From: an uncultured Actinomycetes bacterium
GTDB taxonomy: Bacteria > Actinomycetota > Actinomycetes > Nanopelagicales > Nanopelagicaceae
Length of the DNA stretch: 25,739 bases
Direction: 5' to 3'
NCBI GenBank assembly: GCA_903916775.1
Contig: CAIWXY010000158.1
Span: forward strand, 1-25,739
Below are positions 8,833 to 18,335 of the stretch, piece by piece. The notes under the pieces were generated by a model that saw only the letters and a program-made list of their open reading frames with translations, had not been told where the DNA came from and did not search any database. A program made the translations under genes and the position numbers. How positions within the stretch are numbered: position 1 is the first letter of the stretch; each line of letters begins with the position of its first letter.

Positions 8833-9987
8833 ACGGCTTGAGGCGGTAGAACTTAAAAGCGCAGTTGCTATGGCAGATATGCCCTTGCCTTCACCTGTAA
8901 ATCCGAGCCCATCAGTGGTGGTCGCACTCACCGAGACGGGTGCGCCACCTAGAGCCGTCGATAGCGCAGCAATAGCTTCTGCTCTGCGTGGACCAATCTT
9001 TGGTCGGTTGCCAACAATCTGAACGGCAACATTGTTAATTGCAAATCCAGCCGCAGAGATGAGATTGAGAGTCTCGCGAAGTAATTGCGCACCACTTGCG
9101 CCTGCATACTCCGGACGCGAGGTGCCAAAGTTGCTACCTAAATCGCCTAATTGCGCTGCAGCCAAAAGAGCGTCACAGATCGCATGAGCTGCAACATCGC
9201 CATCGGAATGGCCATCTACTCCAATTTCGCCAGGCCAGATAAGCCCTGCCAGAGCCATGACGCGTTCTGGGTCCTGAGAGAAGGCGTGAGCATCTGTGCC
9301 AATCCCTACTCGGATTCCCCTTTCATCAGCGCCATCAATCACGTATTTATTGGCAATCGCTAAATCGATTGGTGTTGTAATTTTTAGCGCGCGATCAACT
9401 CCGGCAACAGTTTTTACTTTTACTCCGAGCGATTCAACCGCTCCAGCATCATCTGTGTGATCAGTGCCCGATTGGTGAGCCGCAATGAGCGTGGAGTAAT
9501 CGAAACCTTGGGGAGTCTGCACTGCACGCAATTCGCTGCGGTCAACAGTTGCAACTACGTAACCGTCACTATCAATTTTCTTCATTGTGTCGACAACGTG
9601 AAGTGCTGGGATAACTGCGCGCTCACCTGCACGAAGTGCATCAAGAACATCCACTGCAAGTGAGGTAGGTGCCAGCGCTCGTGCGGCATCGTGTACCAAA
9701 ACGTAGCGCGTTGTTGGATGTACTTCCGCGAGCGCAGCTTTCACACTCTCACTTCTGGTTATGCCACCAGTTACAACATTGACACCTTCGCCAAGTAGCT
9801 GCCCAAAAGTTTCTTCATAACCTGCTGGAGCTGCGACTACGATCTGAGATGCAATCGGTGCCATCTGCGCAACGGCGTGCTCAATGAGAGTTTTCCCTGC
9901 GAGCTTGACCAAGGCTTTAGGTACGTTTGCGGCTAAGCGCTCTCCGCTGCCGCCTGCTGGAATGATGACAGCGATCAATTCATTCAT
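8830..9987 (-). CDS. ispDF: Bifunctional IspD/IspF (MEP cytidylyltransferase / MEcPP synthase)
   Basis: N-terminal [28 protein letters not shown] and KITT motifs; C-terminal [23 protein letters not shown] and GFTGEGKG motifs; one continuous frame. Confidence 0.95.
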   Translation of the reverse strand: MNELIAVIIPAGGSGERLAANVPKALVKLAGKTLIEHAVAQMAPIASQIVVAAPAGYEETFGQLLGEGVNVVTGGITRSESVKAALAEVHPTTRYVLVHDAARALAPTSLAVDVLDALRAGERAVIPALHVVDTMKKIDSDGYVVATVDRSELRAVQTPQGFDYSTLIAAHQSGTDHTDDAGAVESLGVKVKTVAGVDRALKITTPIDLAIANKYVIDGADERGIRVGIGTDAHAFSQDPERVMALAGLIWPGEIGVDGHSDGDVAAHAICDALLAAAQLGDLGSNFGTSRPEYAGASGAQLLRETLNLISAAGFAINNVAVQIVGNRPKIGPRRAEAIAALSTALGGAPVSVSATTTDGLGFTGEGKGISAIATALLSSTASSR

Positions 9988-10011
9988 AATGTATTCGCAG
10001 GCAAGCGCTAA

Positions 10012-10494
10012 CTAGGAAGCGAGAACCTCATCAAGAATGACGCCCGCATTTGCTTCGTCAGTATGCTCAGCAAGAGCGAGCTCTGAAACCAAAATTTGCT
10101 TAGCCTTAGAGAGCATGCGCTTCTCTCCAGCTGAAAGGCCGCGATCGAGGTCGCGGCGATAAAGGTCGCGGACAACTTCGGCTACCTTGATGACATCACC
10201 CGATGCGAGCTTCTCGACATTGGCTTTGTAGCGACGAGACCAGTTGGTTGGCTCCTCGGTGTAAGGCTGGCGTAGGACGCTAAATACGCGATCAAGACCG
10301 GCGCTATCGACTACGTCACGGACACCCACGAGATCCACATTGTCTGCTGGGACTCGGACAGTCAGATCACCCTGGGCGACTTTGAGGACCAAGTAGATCT
10401 TCTCTTCGCCTTTGATCGTGCGGGTCTCGATAGCTTCGATAAGCGCCGCACCATGGTGGGGGTAAACAACTGTTTCGCCGACTTTGAATGACAT
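10012..10494 (-). CDS. carD: RNA polymerase-binding transcription factor CarD
   Basis: [23 protein letters not shown] and LSAGEKRML; SD AAGGAG at 10503-10508. Confidence 0.97.
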   Translation of the reverse strand: MSFKVGETVVYPHHGAALIEAIETRTIKGEEKIYLVLKVAQGDLTVRVPADNVDLVGVRDVVDSAGLDRVFSVLRQPYTEEPTNWSRRYKANVEKLASGDVIKVAEVVRDLYRRDLDRGLSAGEKRMLSKAKQILVSELALAEHTDEANAGVILDEVLAS

Positions 10495-10613
10495 TAATCT
10501 GGCTCCTTGGGTTAGGGACCAATTCTACCAGCGTTTCCTAGGTCACATTCTTCGAAAGTACAACCGCACGATTTGTCAAGAGTACGTTCAATTTTTACCT
10601 GTATTCTTAACCC

Positions 10614-11150
10614 GTGACCAATACTCGCCTTCAGAAGAGCGCCGGCCTTGTCGTCGTAGCCGCATCAGTCCTATTACTTAGCGCCTGTGGTGCTACTGGC
10701 CCAGATGCCCCTACTCGCAATATCAAGCAGGTAAGCGATGGCGTCGAGACCAACTCAGGTTCGATCGCAGTGCGCGATATCGTGGTCGTGGCTCAGCCAG
10801 ATGGCAGCGCTGCTCTCGTTGGAACATTTATTAATGAAGGCGCTACCCCAGATGCGCTTACCGGTATTACCGTCAATGGGGTTGCAGCCACACTCTCAGC
10901 TGCTTCATTCCCACTTCTTCAAAATAAGCCAGTAATTTTTAGCGGAGATTCTGCAAATGCCACAGGCACGGTTGCGTCACTCTCAGCACAACCTGGCGAT
11001 CGCGTTCCTGTTGTCGTGACATTTAAGAACGCTGCCAGTGCTACGTTGAGTGCGATTATTCGTGCAAAGGCTGATTACTTTGCCAACGTTGGCTCAGGCA
11101 AGTTAGTTGCACCCGCAACACCAGCGCCATCAGCGTCTGCCTCTAAGTAA
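10614..11150 (+). CDS. Lipoprotein, LpqE-like (divergent from carD)
   Basis: Lipobox LLSAC after a hydrophobic stretch; position between carD and regX3 matches the lipoprotein gene of other actinobacteria; TATTCT(10602-10607)-6 nt-GTG. Confidence 0.75.
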   Translation: MTNTRLQKSAGLVVVAASVLLLSACGATGPDAPTRNIKQVSDGVETNSGSIAVRDIVVVAQPDGSAALVGTFINEGATPDALTGITVNGVAATLSAASFPLLQNKPVIFSGDSANATGTVASLSAQPGDRVPVVVTFKNAASATLSAIIRAKADYFANVGSGKLVAPATPAPSASASK

Positions 11151-11163
11151 ACTCAAGTAAAAC

Positions 11164-11847
11164 TTAGCCTTCGAACTTATATCCAAGTCCTCGGACTGTC
11201 TGGATAAATACCGGGTTGGCAGGATCTGCCTCAATTTTCGCGCGCAAACGCTTGATGTGTACATCAAGAGTCTTGGTGTCGCCGAAGTAGTCACTGCCCC
11301 ACACGCGATCAATTAACTGTGAACGAGTCAGCACGCGACCAGAGTTGCGTACCAAGAACTCTAATAATTCAAATTCCTTCAACGGCAACTGTTGCTGCGT
11401 GCCATTGACAGTGACGATGTGGCGCTCAATATCCATTCGGACAGGTCCAGCTGCAAGAGTTCCATCTGTGAACCCGGTGTCTTCATCTCCACGTCGACGC
11501 AATACTGCACGTATGCGCGCAACGAGTTCGCGTGTTGAGTATGGCTTGGTGACGTAATCATCTGCGCCTAGTTCGAGCCCAACAACTTTGTCGACCTCAC
11601 TATCTTTGGCCGTCAACATAATGACTGGAACATTTGAGCGCGTACGCAACTGGCGACAGACTTCGGTTCCTGGCAGACCCGGAAGCATGAGGTCTAGCAG
11701 CACAAGGTCTGCACCATGGCGATCAAACTCTTCAATAGCTGCGTTGCCATTGTCCGCTACTGAAACTTCAAAACCTTCACGTCCCAAGAGATAGGCGAGT
11801 GCATCAGAAAAAGATGCTTCGTCTTCTACTACAAGGATTTTTGTCAT
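11164..11847 (-). CDS. regX3: OmpR-family phosphate response regulator RegX3 (PhoP of Streptomyces)
   Basis: ILVVEDE, LDLMLPG, MLTAKDSEVDKVVGLELGADDYVTKP, GDTKTLDVHIKRLRAKIE and TVRGLGYKF; abuts the senX3 stop. Confidence 0.93.
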   Translation of the reverse strand: MTKILVVEDEASFSDALAYLLGREGFEVSVADNGNAAIEEFDRHGADLVLLDLMLPGLPGTEVCRQLRTRSNVPVIMLTAKDSEVDKVVGLELGADDYVTKPYSTRELVARIRAVLRRRGDEDTGFTDGTLAAGPVRMDIERHIVTVNGTQQQLPLKEFELLEFLVRNSGRVLTRSQLIDRVWGSDYFGDTKTLDVHIKRLRAKIEADPANPVFIQTVRGLGYKFEG

Positions 11848-12972
11848 TTACATTGCCTCCGCGGCGGTTAGTTGAAGTGGTTCAGGAAAACGAAGTGTGA
11901 AAGTACTGCCAGCGCCAGCAACCGACCAGACAGAGACATCTCCACCATGGTTTGTTGCTACGTGCTTAACAATCGAGAGCCCAAGTCCAGTACCACCAGT
12001 GAGGCGAGAGCGTGCTGGATCTACGCGATAAAAGCGCTCAAAGATGCGCTCCAAGTCCTTCTCTGGAATACCGATTCCTTGGTCTGTAACAGAAATTTCA
12101 ACGAGCCCGTTTTGTGAGCGAAGTGTTATTGCAACTCGCGTCTTTTCTGGGCTGTAGTTAATTGCGTTCTCAATCAAGTTAGAGATAGCCATCAATACCT
12201 GACTGCGATCGCCTTTAATCGAGCAATCATTCTGAACACTGAGGATCACTTCGATATTCCGTGAATCCGCTCGCATCTGGGACTGGTCGATTGCTTCCTG
12301 AATAACTTCGCGCAACTCGATATCTTGGGCATTTTTGAGCGGGTCTTCATCTTGAAGCCTGGAGAGATTAATAATCTCTTGAACCAAGTCACTCAAACGC
12401 TTTGACTCTGTCTGCATGCGCGATGCAAATTTGGCGATCGCTTCTGGATCGTCTGCTGCGCCTAACACTGCTTCAGAGAGAATCGAGAGCGCCCCGATTG
12501 GAGTCTTAAGTTCATGTGAAATGTTTGCAACGAAATCTCGACGAATAGAATCTAGTCGGCGCATCTCTGAATCATCAAAAATAAGAATTGCAATAGTTCC
12601 AAAAGTATCGAGTGGAATCACTCGCACGAGAAGGTCATGAGTTCCGCTACCGATTGGACCACGTGGAAGTTCGAGTGTGGCTTCTTGGCGCTTTCCAAAA
12701 CGACGAACCGCGCGAACCAACATAAGCAGCGACTCATTTGTTAAGCGACCATCGCGTACTAATTTATATGTCTCGATGCCAGAGGTGGACATGATGACAC
12801 CCTCGCTTTGCGTGAGCACAATGCTCTCGGCATCAATATTGGTCAGCAGCTGAGAGAGGCTTTCGGAGAGTCCATCTGTTTGGTCGACCCCGTAATTGGC
12901 AACGGCAGCATCGTGACCCTGCTGCCCACGAGCGACATCGCCCTTTGGGGAGCGGGATTTCAACCAAGCCAT
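11848..12972 (-). CDS. senX3: Sensor histidine kinase SenX3 (PhoR of Streptomyces), apparently without a transmembrane anchor
   Basis: H-box RRDFVANISHELKTP, N-box NLIENAINYS, DQGIGI, FERFYRVDPARSR and GGTGLGLSIVKH; leaderless TACGAT(12979-12984)-6 nt-ATG. Confidence 0.9.
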   Translation of the reverse strand: MAWLKSRSPKGDVARGQQGHDAAVANYGVDQTDGLSESLSQLLTNIDAESIVLTQSEGVIMSTSGIETYKLVRDGRLTNESLLMLVRAVRRFGKRQEATLELPRGPIGSGTHDLLVRVIPLDTFGTIAILIFDDSEMRRLDSIRRDFVANISHELKTPIGALSILSEAVLGAADDPEAIAKFASRMQTESKRLSDLVQEIINLSRLQDEDPLKNAQDIELREVIQEAIDQSQMRADSRNIEVILSVQNDCSIKGDRSQVLMAISNLIENAINYSPEKTRVAITLRSQNGLVEISVTDQGIGIPEKDLERIFERFYRVDPARSRLTGGTGLGLSIVKHVATNHGGDVSVWSVAGAGSTFTLRFPEPLQLTAAEAM

Positions 12973-13054
12973 GGGCTAATCGTAGGAGCCTGACCAGACC
13001 ACCGCGTACAAGAACGACCTAACCTGTGAAAATAACCCCAAATCTTTGGAGATT

Positions 13055-13076
13055 GTTTAAACCCTGTTCACATTCC
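13055..13076 (+). promoter_or_regulatory. PHO-box-like tandem 11-nt direct repeat in the senX3/phoU divergent intergenic region
   Basis: GTTTAaaccct / GTTCAcattcc, two units in exact 11-nt phase, upstream of the phoU -10 box TACCCT (13103-13108). Confidence 0.65.
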
Positions 13077-13114
13077 CCGCGCAAGAAGGGCTTCTAAGCG
13101 AGTACCCTCGCCCC

Positions 13115-13771
13115 ATGCGCGATATCTTCCACGAAGAGCTAGAGGGAATTACCGCTCAGCAGCTGAAAATGACGGCACTCGTCAAGGATGCAATTGAGCA
13201 GGCAACTCTCGCGCTCTTAACTGCCGACCTTCAGACCGCCGAAAAAGTTATTCAAGATGATGCTGCAGTGGATTCGATCCAGCATGATTTGGATGAACGT
13301 TCTATTAGTTTGATGGCACGTCAGCAACCTGTCGCTTCAGATTTGCGCACATTAGTCTCTTCACTTCGCATTAGCGCCGACCTCGAGCGCATGGGCGATC
13401 TTGCTCATCACATTGCAAAACTTGCGCGTATGCGTTTTCCAAATAAGGCTGTACCTGAAGATATGGTCGCGATTGTTACAGACATGGGCAAAGCTGCAAG
13501 TCGCATTGTTGAAAAGCTCGCAGTCGTCTTGGAATTTCGCGATATTAATCGCGCACTCGAAATCGAAAAAGATGATGACGAGATGGACAAGCTTCAACGA
13601 ACTCTTATTGGCTCACTGCTTGCTCCAACATGGAAGCATTCAGTGGAGTCAGCAGTAGACATGGCATTTTTGAGCCGCTACTACGAGCGCTTCTCAGATC
13701 ACGTGGTCTCTATCGCACAACGCGTGTACTACACCCAGACCGGTGAGTTTGCTAAAAAAGGCGACTTCTAA
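13115..13771 (+). CDS. phoU: Phosphate signalling protein PhoU
   Basis: ARQQPVASDLR, DLERMGDLAHHIAK, DDEMD and YERFSDH; divergent from senX3; TACCCT-cgcccc-ATG. Confidence 0.95.
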   Translation: MRDIFHEELEGITAQQLKMTALVKDAIEQATLALLTADLQTAEKVIQDDAAVDSIQHDLDERSISLMARQQPVASDLRTLVSSLRISADLERMGDLAHHIAKLARMRFPNKAVPEDMVAIVTDMGKAASRIVEKLAVVLEFRDINRALEIEKDDDEMDKLQRTLIGSLLAPTWKHSVESAVDMAFLSRYYERFSDHVVSIAQRVYYTQTGEFAKKGDF

Positions 13772-13787
13772 AAGTTAACTATTCCGT

Positions 13788-14534
13788 TTACTTTTTACCT
13801 TGATTAGCGACAGCTGCGATTGCATCTTTAGCAGCGGCAGGATCTAGATACTCGCCACCAGCTTTGACTGGCTTGAAGTGATCATCGAGCTCGTAGAAGA
13901 GTGGAATACCAGTCGGAATATTGAGTCCGGCAATATCTGCATCAGAAATTCCATCAAGGTGCTTTACAAGTGCACGCAGTGAATTACCGTGAGCAGTGAC
14001 AAGCACTGTCTCGTGCTCTGCCAAATCCTTGGTGATTGAATCTTCCCAATAAGGAATCATGCGGACAATGACATCTTTAAGGCACTCGGTCTTAGGCAAG
14101 GCGTCACCTAGATGTGCATAGCGGACCTCACTTGCTTGGCTGTAAGGGTCGGCATCATCAATCGGTGGAGGCGGAACATCGAATGAACGACGCCACAATT
14201 GGAACTGCTCTTCACCATATTGAGCAAGTGTTTGAGCTTTATCTTTTCCTTGCAGCGCACCGTAGTGGCGTTCATTGAGGCGCCAAGAACGACGTACTGG
14301 AATCCAGGAACGATCGCAGTTATCCAACGCAATCTGTGAGGTGTTGATTGCTCGACGCAAGAGTGAGGTATGGACAACGTTAGGCAAGAGACCGCGCTCT
14401 TTCAGGAGCTCTCCGCCGCGCACAGCTTCGGCGCGACCCTTATCTGAAAGTGCAACATCCACCCAGCCAGTGAAGAGATTCTTAGCGTTCCATTCGCTCT
14501 CACCATGGCGGAGCAAGATCAATTGTGTTGTCAT
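13788..14534 (-). CDS. gpmA: 2,3-bisphosphoglycerate-dependent phosphoglycerate mutase
   Basis: [31 protein letters not shown] and AHGNSLRAL; TAAACT(14541-14546)-6 nt-ATG. Confidence 0.97.
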   Translation of the reverse strand: MTTQLILLRHGESEWNAKNLFTGWVDVALSDKGRAEAVRGGELLKERGLLPNVVHTSLLRRAINTSQIALDNCDRSWIPVRRSWRLNERHYGALQGKDKAQTLAQYGEEQFQLWRRSFDVPPPPIDDADPYSQASEVRYAHLGDALPKTECLKDVIVRMIPYWEDSITKDLAEHETVLVTAHGNSLRALVKHLDGISDADIAGLNIPTGIPLFYELDDHFKPVKAGGEYLDPAAAKDAIAAVANQGKK

Positions 14535-15799
14535 GAGAGCAGTTTAATAGATGAATCCTGTCGCTCTGACAGCACCCAGTCATAGACATCAAGAGTTCTG
14601 CGAGCTGCAAGATCCCAACCAAAGTTCGAGGCATGTTTCATGGCGCCGAGTGACAAGGTGATTCTGCGAGCAGGATCAGCAAGCAGGCGCGAGATCACCG
14701 CAGACCAGGCACGCGGATCGTGGCCATCGACCAAGGAGCCCGAGATTCCATCGGCCACAGCGGTACGCAGCCCTCCGACTGCAGTTGCAACCACAGGAGT
14801 TCCGCAAGCTTGAGCTTCTAGCGCAACCAAGCCAAAGCTCTCTGAATAACTAGGTACGCAAACCAGATCTGCAGCGCGATACCAATCTGGCAACACATCG
14901 CGCGATACCGGAGGCATGAAGTGAATTATGTCTTCTATGCCCAAGAATTTTGCAAGTGCTTTGAGGCGATCCGGTTCGCTACTACCGCTGCCAGATGCGC
15001 CGCCAATAATAACCAGAGCTAATTTGGCGCGAAGGTGCGGGCTATGCGAAACCATTTCGGCAACAGTGCGAACTAATACTTCTGGACCCTTGTGGGGTTG
15101 GATGCGACCAACAAATGTCAGCACGTATGCATCGGGAGCAATATTAAGTTTTGCGCGAGCGGCTGCTTTTCCTGTACCTGGAGTAAAGCGTTGGAGATCA
15201 ACGCCCGGTGTAACAACAAAAACATTATCTGGACACGCGCCATAGAGTGAGACCAAACTTGCGGCTTCTGCATCGGTATTAGCGATCAGCGCTGCTGCAT
15301 TCTTAACAATCTGCTCTTCGCCTATTGCACGCGTGATTGGCTCTGCGCTTTCACCTTCGGCTAGGTTGAGATTCTTTACCTTAGCCATGGTGTGCATGGT
15401 GTGGACGAGTGGAATCTGAGTTTGCTCCGAAACCATCCAACCAAGCTGGCCACTAATCCAATAATGCGAGTGAAGAATTTTGTAATAATCTTTTGGAAGC
15501 GTAGCCAAAATATCCATCATGCCATGAGTGAGTGCGCCTAGTTGTGATGGCAGCTCTTCTTTCGATAACCCTTTATAAGGTCCGGCTTCGATGTGGCGGA
15601 CTCGAACGCCTGGTGCGATCTCAACTACCGTGGAGTGATTGACGTCGGTTGCACGAGTGAAGATATCTACTTCGACACCAGCAGCAGCCATTTTGATGGC
15701 ATTCTCGACGACATAGATATTCATTCCACCGGCGTCACCCGTGCCCGCTTGCTCTAAGGGCGAGGTGTGCACCATCAAGGTGGCAATGCGGCCGTTCAT
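14531..15799 (-). CDS. mshA: D-inositol-3-phosphate glycosyltransferase (mycothiol biosynthesis)
   Basis: [51 protein letters not shown] and [21 protein letters not shown]; TACACT(15806-15811)-6 nt-ATG. Confidence 0.95.
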   Translation of the reverse strand: MNGRIATLMVHTSPLEQAGTGDAGGMNIYVVENAIKMAAAGVEVDIFTRATDVNHSTVVEIAPGVRVRHIEAGPYKGLSKEELPSQLGALTHGMMDILATLPKDYYKILHSHYWISGQLGWMVSEQTQIPLVHTMHTMAKVKNLNLAEGESAEPITRAIGEEQIVKNAAALIANTDAEAASLVSLYGACPDNVFVVTPGVDLQRFTPGTGKAAARAKLNIAPDAYVLTFVGRIQPHKGPEVLVRTVAEMVSHSPHLRAKLALVIIGGASGSGSSEPDRLKALAKFLGIEDIIHFMPPVSRDVLPDWYRAADLVCVPSYSESFGLVALEAQACGTPVVATAVGGLRTAVADGISGSLVDGHDPRAWSAVISRLLADPARRITLSLGAMKHASNFGWDLAARRTLDVYDWVLSERQDSSIKLLS

Positions 15800-15800
15800 C

Positions 15801-16736
15801 TCACAAGTGTAAGGTCGTGCGCACTTCCCCGACTACTTGAGATCCACCCATAATTGGTGCAATGTCGATCCCTGCATCGACTCCCCATGAAGAAAATACG
15901 GCTTTATTGAGTACGGCGAATGGACGAAGGCCACCATCGGCAATTTTGAAGGCGCAGGTGCGGCCATCTGCCATAGAAAATACTTCTACCGCTTCAATGC
16001 CATCTTTCATATAGAGCCCGGGGACTCGCTGCATTGCCACGGTTGTGGTTCGACCGACGCCAGCGACCATCACTGGATAGCTTCGAGCCGCCGATATAAC
16101 TTCTTGGTGCACAGGATCGCTAGAGACTGTGACTCGATGAATTGCTGTAGCGAGGGAGTGGGTAGTCATTCCAAAGAGTGGTGCCCCGCAGCCATCTGCA
16201 GTGACAATCTCGAGTGGACGACCGCTGAGCTCCTGCATCTCGTGGCGAATCGCTACTTGAAGAGGGTGCGCTGGATCCAAGTACGTCTCCAAATCCCAGC
16301 CATTAATTACGCAGGTCGCAAGCATTGCAGAATGCTTACCGCTGCAATTATGTGCAAGGCGCGTGGGTTCTTTATCTCCCCACGCTTCTTTCTCCGCAGT
16401 ACCTAGTGGGCGATCTTTCGCGTTACGCAGATAGCTCTCGTCAAGACCAGCGCCTTTAAGTATTGATTGCACAACATCAAAATGTGCTTGCGATCCAGAG
16501 TGGCTCGACTGAGCCATTGCTAGCTGCTCAGGTGAAAGCTTGAGTCCATGGCGCACCATCGCAGATGCTTGCATGATTTTTACAGTAGAGCGCGGAAATA
16601 TCACTGAATCTATTTCGCCAGCACTAGCTGCAACCGAGCCATCCTTATTCAATAGAACAAAGTGGCCTTTATGTTCTGATTCGACTACTCCGGCACGAGT
16701 AACTTCTACGAGTACTTCCCCAAATCCTTGGTTCAC
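15801..16736 (-). CDS. L-asparaginase, Rhizobium-type (class 3, asparaginase II family)
   Basis: TRAGVVESEH, FPRSTVK, SSHSG, HNCSGKH, DGCGAP and K-x-G-x-E motifs. Confidence 0.87.
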   Translation of the reverse strand: MNQGFGEVLVEVTRAGVVESEHKGHFVLLNKDGSVAASAGEIDSVIFPRSTVKIMQASAMVRHGLKLSPEQLAMAQSSHSGSQAHFDVVQSILKGAGLDESYLRNAKDRPLGTAEKEAWGDKEPTRLAHNCSGKHSAMLATCVINGWDLETYLDPAHPLQVAIRHEMQELSGRPLEIVTADGCGAPLFGMTTHSLATAIHRVTVSSDPVHQEVISAARSYPVMVAGVGRTTTVAMQRVPGLYMKDGIEAVEVFSMADGRTCAFKIADGGLRPFAVLNKAVFSSWGVDAGIDIAPIMGGSQVVGEVRTTLHL

Positions 16737-16749
16737 AGAAAACCTATTT

Positions 16750-17250
16750 CTATTCCGCTTGGCGTTCTAGAGTTGACCAGAGATATGCCTGAAGTGTGTG
16801 ACCATCAGATGCTTTATCGTAGGCATAGAAAAGTTCGCCTTCGACTAAACCGTAGAGTCGTGAACCTGCGGTGACAATGTCAGTAGACGGCGATGAATAA
16901 CCTTGGTCCATTGCGAGTTGGATTTTGGGTCCATTATGAACACCAACCCATCCTTCGGCCATACCTGAACTATGAGCGATCACAATTTCGAGAACGTTAT
17001 TTGGCTTTGGACGCCAGAAGCCTGTCTCTGATTCGAATTGCTTCACGATCTCGTTATTGTCATCGATAATCCATGAGCGAGAGTAATAGTTAAGGAAGTT
17101 GCGACCGTCGTGGTTGAAAGTCACCTCGTGGGCGTACTGGAATGGCTCAATTGTTGGGTATTCGCCACGTCCCTTGCCGCGCCATGTTCCGACGAGCCAT
17201 GCAAGTGGATAAAGATCTTCGTGAAGTCCCTCAGGAATTGTAAAAGCCAT
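16750..17250 (-). CDS. Nitrobindin/FABP-like beta-barrel protein (DUF1794/THAP4-like)
   Basis: LYPLAWLVGTWRGKGRGEYPTI, ESETGFWR and RLYGLVEGELFY; neighbour of ygfZ as in other actinobacteria. Confidence 0.88.
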   Translation of the reverse strand: MAFTIPEGLHEDLYPLAWLVGTWRGKGRGEYPTIEPFQYAHEVTFNHDGRNFLNYYSRSWIIDDNNEIVKQFESETGFWRPKPNNVLEIVIAHSSGMAEGWVGVHNGPKIQLAMDQGYSSPSTDIVTAGSRLYGLVEGELFYAYDKASDGHTLQAYLWSTLERQAE

Positions 17251-17408
17251 TATTTTTTGCCTACTTCCCGTGTTCGTTGCCCAGCGCCTTTAGCCAGCGA
17301 CGGCGCGCTCTTCCAGATTCGAATTGCCCCACGTAGACCAAAGAAGATCATCGCGAGCCCAAAGGCTGCAGATCCCCCGATCAGGAGCAATGAATCGAAG
17401 ACCACCAT
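17250..17408 (-). CDS. Small single-pass membrane protein, 52 aa (not in the ORF track)
   Basis: MVVFDSLLLIGGSAAFGLAMIFFGLRGAIRIWKSAPSLAKGAGQRTREVGKK*. It fills the ygfZ-FABP gap, its TAA overlaps the FABP ATG (TAATG), and TAATCT(17415-17420) lies 6 nt before its ATG. Confidence 0.8.
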   Translation of the reverse strand: MVVFDSLLLIGGSAAFGLAMIFFGLRGAIRIWKSAPSLAKGAGQRTREVGKK

Positions 17409-17417
17409 GGGTCAAGA

Positions 17418-18326
17418 TTACTCTGCGGGGACCAGAACTTCCTGCGTTGCGGTAACGCCATCGATCTCTAGAACTGCATCTACAGGCGTAGTTCGCTTAA
17501 TGACAGCAAGTGCTATTGGCCCCAGTTCGTAATGGCGAGCAACTGTGCCGATATAGCCGATCTCTTTATCGTCCAATGTGACTTTGTCGCCGTGAGCCGG
17601 CATGTGAACCATTGAACCGTCTAGATGTAGCAGAACCAAGCGACGTGGCGGATGGCCCAAATTAAAGACTTTTGCAACGGTCTCTTGGCCGCGATAGCAA
17701 CCCTTATTCATATGGACCGCAGTGTTAATAAATCCCAGCTCATTGGGAATCGATTTGTGATCGGTCTCAAAGAGAATACGAGCTCGTCCAACAGCAACTC
17801 GCTGCGCTTCAAGCGCCCAAATCCCAATCTGCATGTTGTTCTGATCTAACTCTTCGGAGAAAGCTTCGAGCTTCTCGCGCTCGATAATCGCATATGGTCC
17901 ACCGATTGCATCTGTAACTCCGGGAGTGCGCACAACGGCAAAATCTCCACTGGCATCAATGACATCGACATCTAACATAAATCGCATCTTGTTCAGAAAG
18001 CCAACAAACTCAGCTACTTTTTCGCGTTCGGTGTGGATCCACATTGTGGTTCCATCATCGACTAAGAAAAATTGTTGTTCGATTCGACCATTAGCGTCGA
18101 GCAAGAGTGACTCGGCCCATGTTCCGGTAGGAAGTGTCGTGAGTTCTTGTGTGGTCATATTGTTGATCCACGTAATGCGGTCTGCGCCAGTAATTGCAAT
18201 AACTCCGCGATGCGAAAGATCGGCCCAGATTGTTCCGAGCTCTAGTGCGCGTTGTTCATGATTGGGTTCACCGAAATGCCAGATCGCACCCTTGTCCGGA
18301 CCATCTTCAACTAGTACGGCGCTCAT
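17418..18326 (-). CDS. ygfZ: Folate-binding protein YgfZ (Fe-S repair / GcvT family)
   Basis: Signature KGCYRGQETVAK, WHFGEP and LLDANGRI; TAAACT(18333-18338)-6 nt-ATG. Confidence 0.93.
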   Translation of the reverse strand: MSAVLVEDGPDKGAIWHFGEPNHEQRALELGTIWADLSHRGVIAITGADRITWINNMTTQELTTLPTGTWAESLLLDANGRIEQQFFLVDDGTTMWIHTEREKVAEFVGFLNKMRFMLDVDVIDASGDFAVVRTPGVTDAIGGPYAIIEREKLEAFSEELDQNNMQIGIWALEAQRVAVGRARILFETDHKSIPNELGFINTAVHMNKGCYRGQETVAKVFNLGHPPRRLVLLHLDGSMVHMPAHGDKVTLDDKEIGYIGTVARHYELGPIALAVIKRTTPVDAVLEIDGVTATQEVLVPAE

Positions 18327-18335
18327 AAAAGTAGT

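Noticed and set aside
12990-13040. Possible GlnR box (GTNAC-N6-GAAAC) in the senX3/phoU or other intergenic regions
   Set aside because: The near matches have wrong spacing (e.g. CTAAC-N4-GAAAA); no convincing site found by eye.
17110-17532. Plus-strand 140-aa ORF spanning the ygfZ-FABP gap
   Set aside because: Overlaps two real genes antisense; the gap is better explained by the 52-aa minus-strand ORF with promoter and coupling signals.
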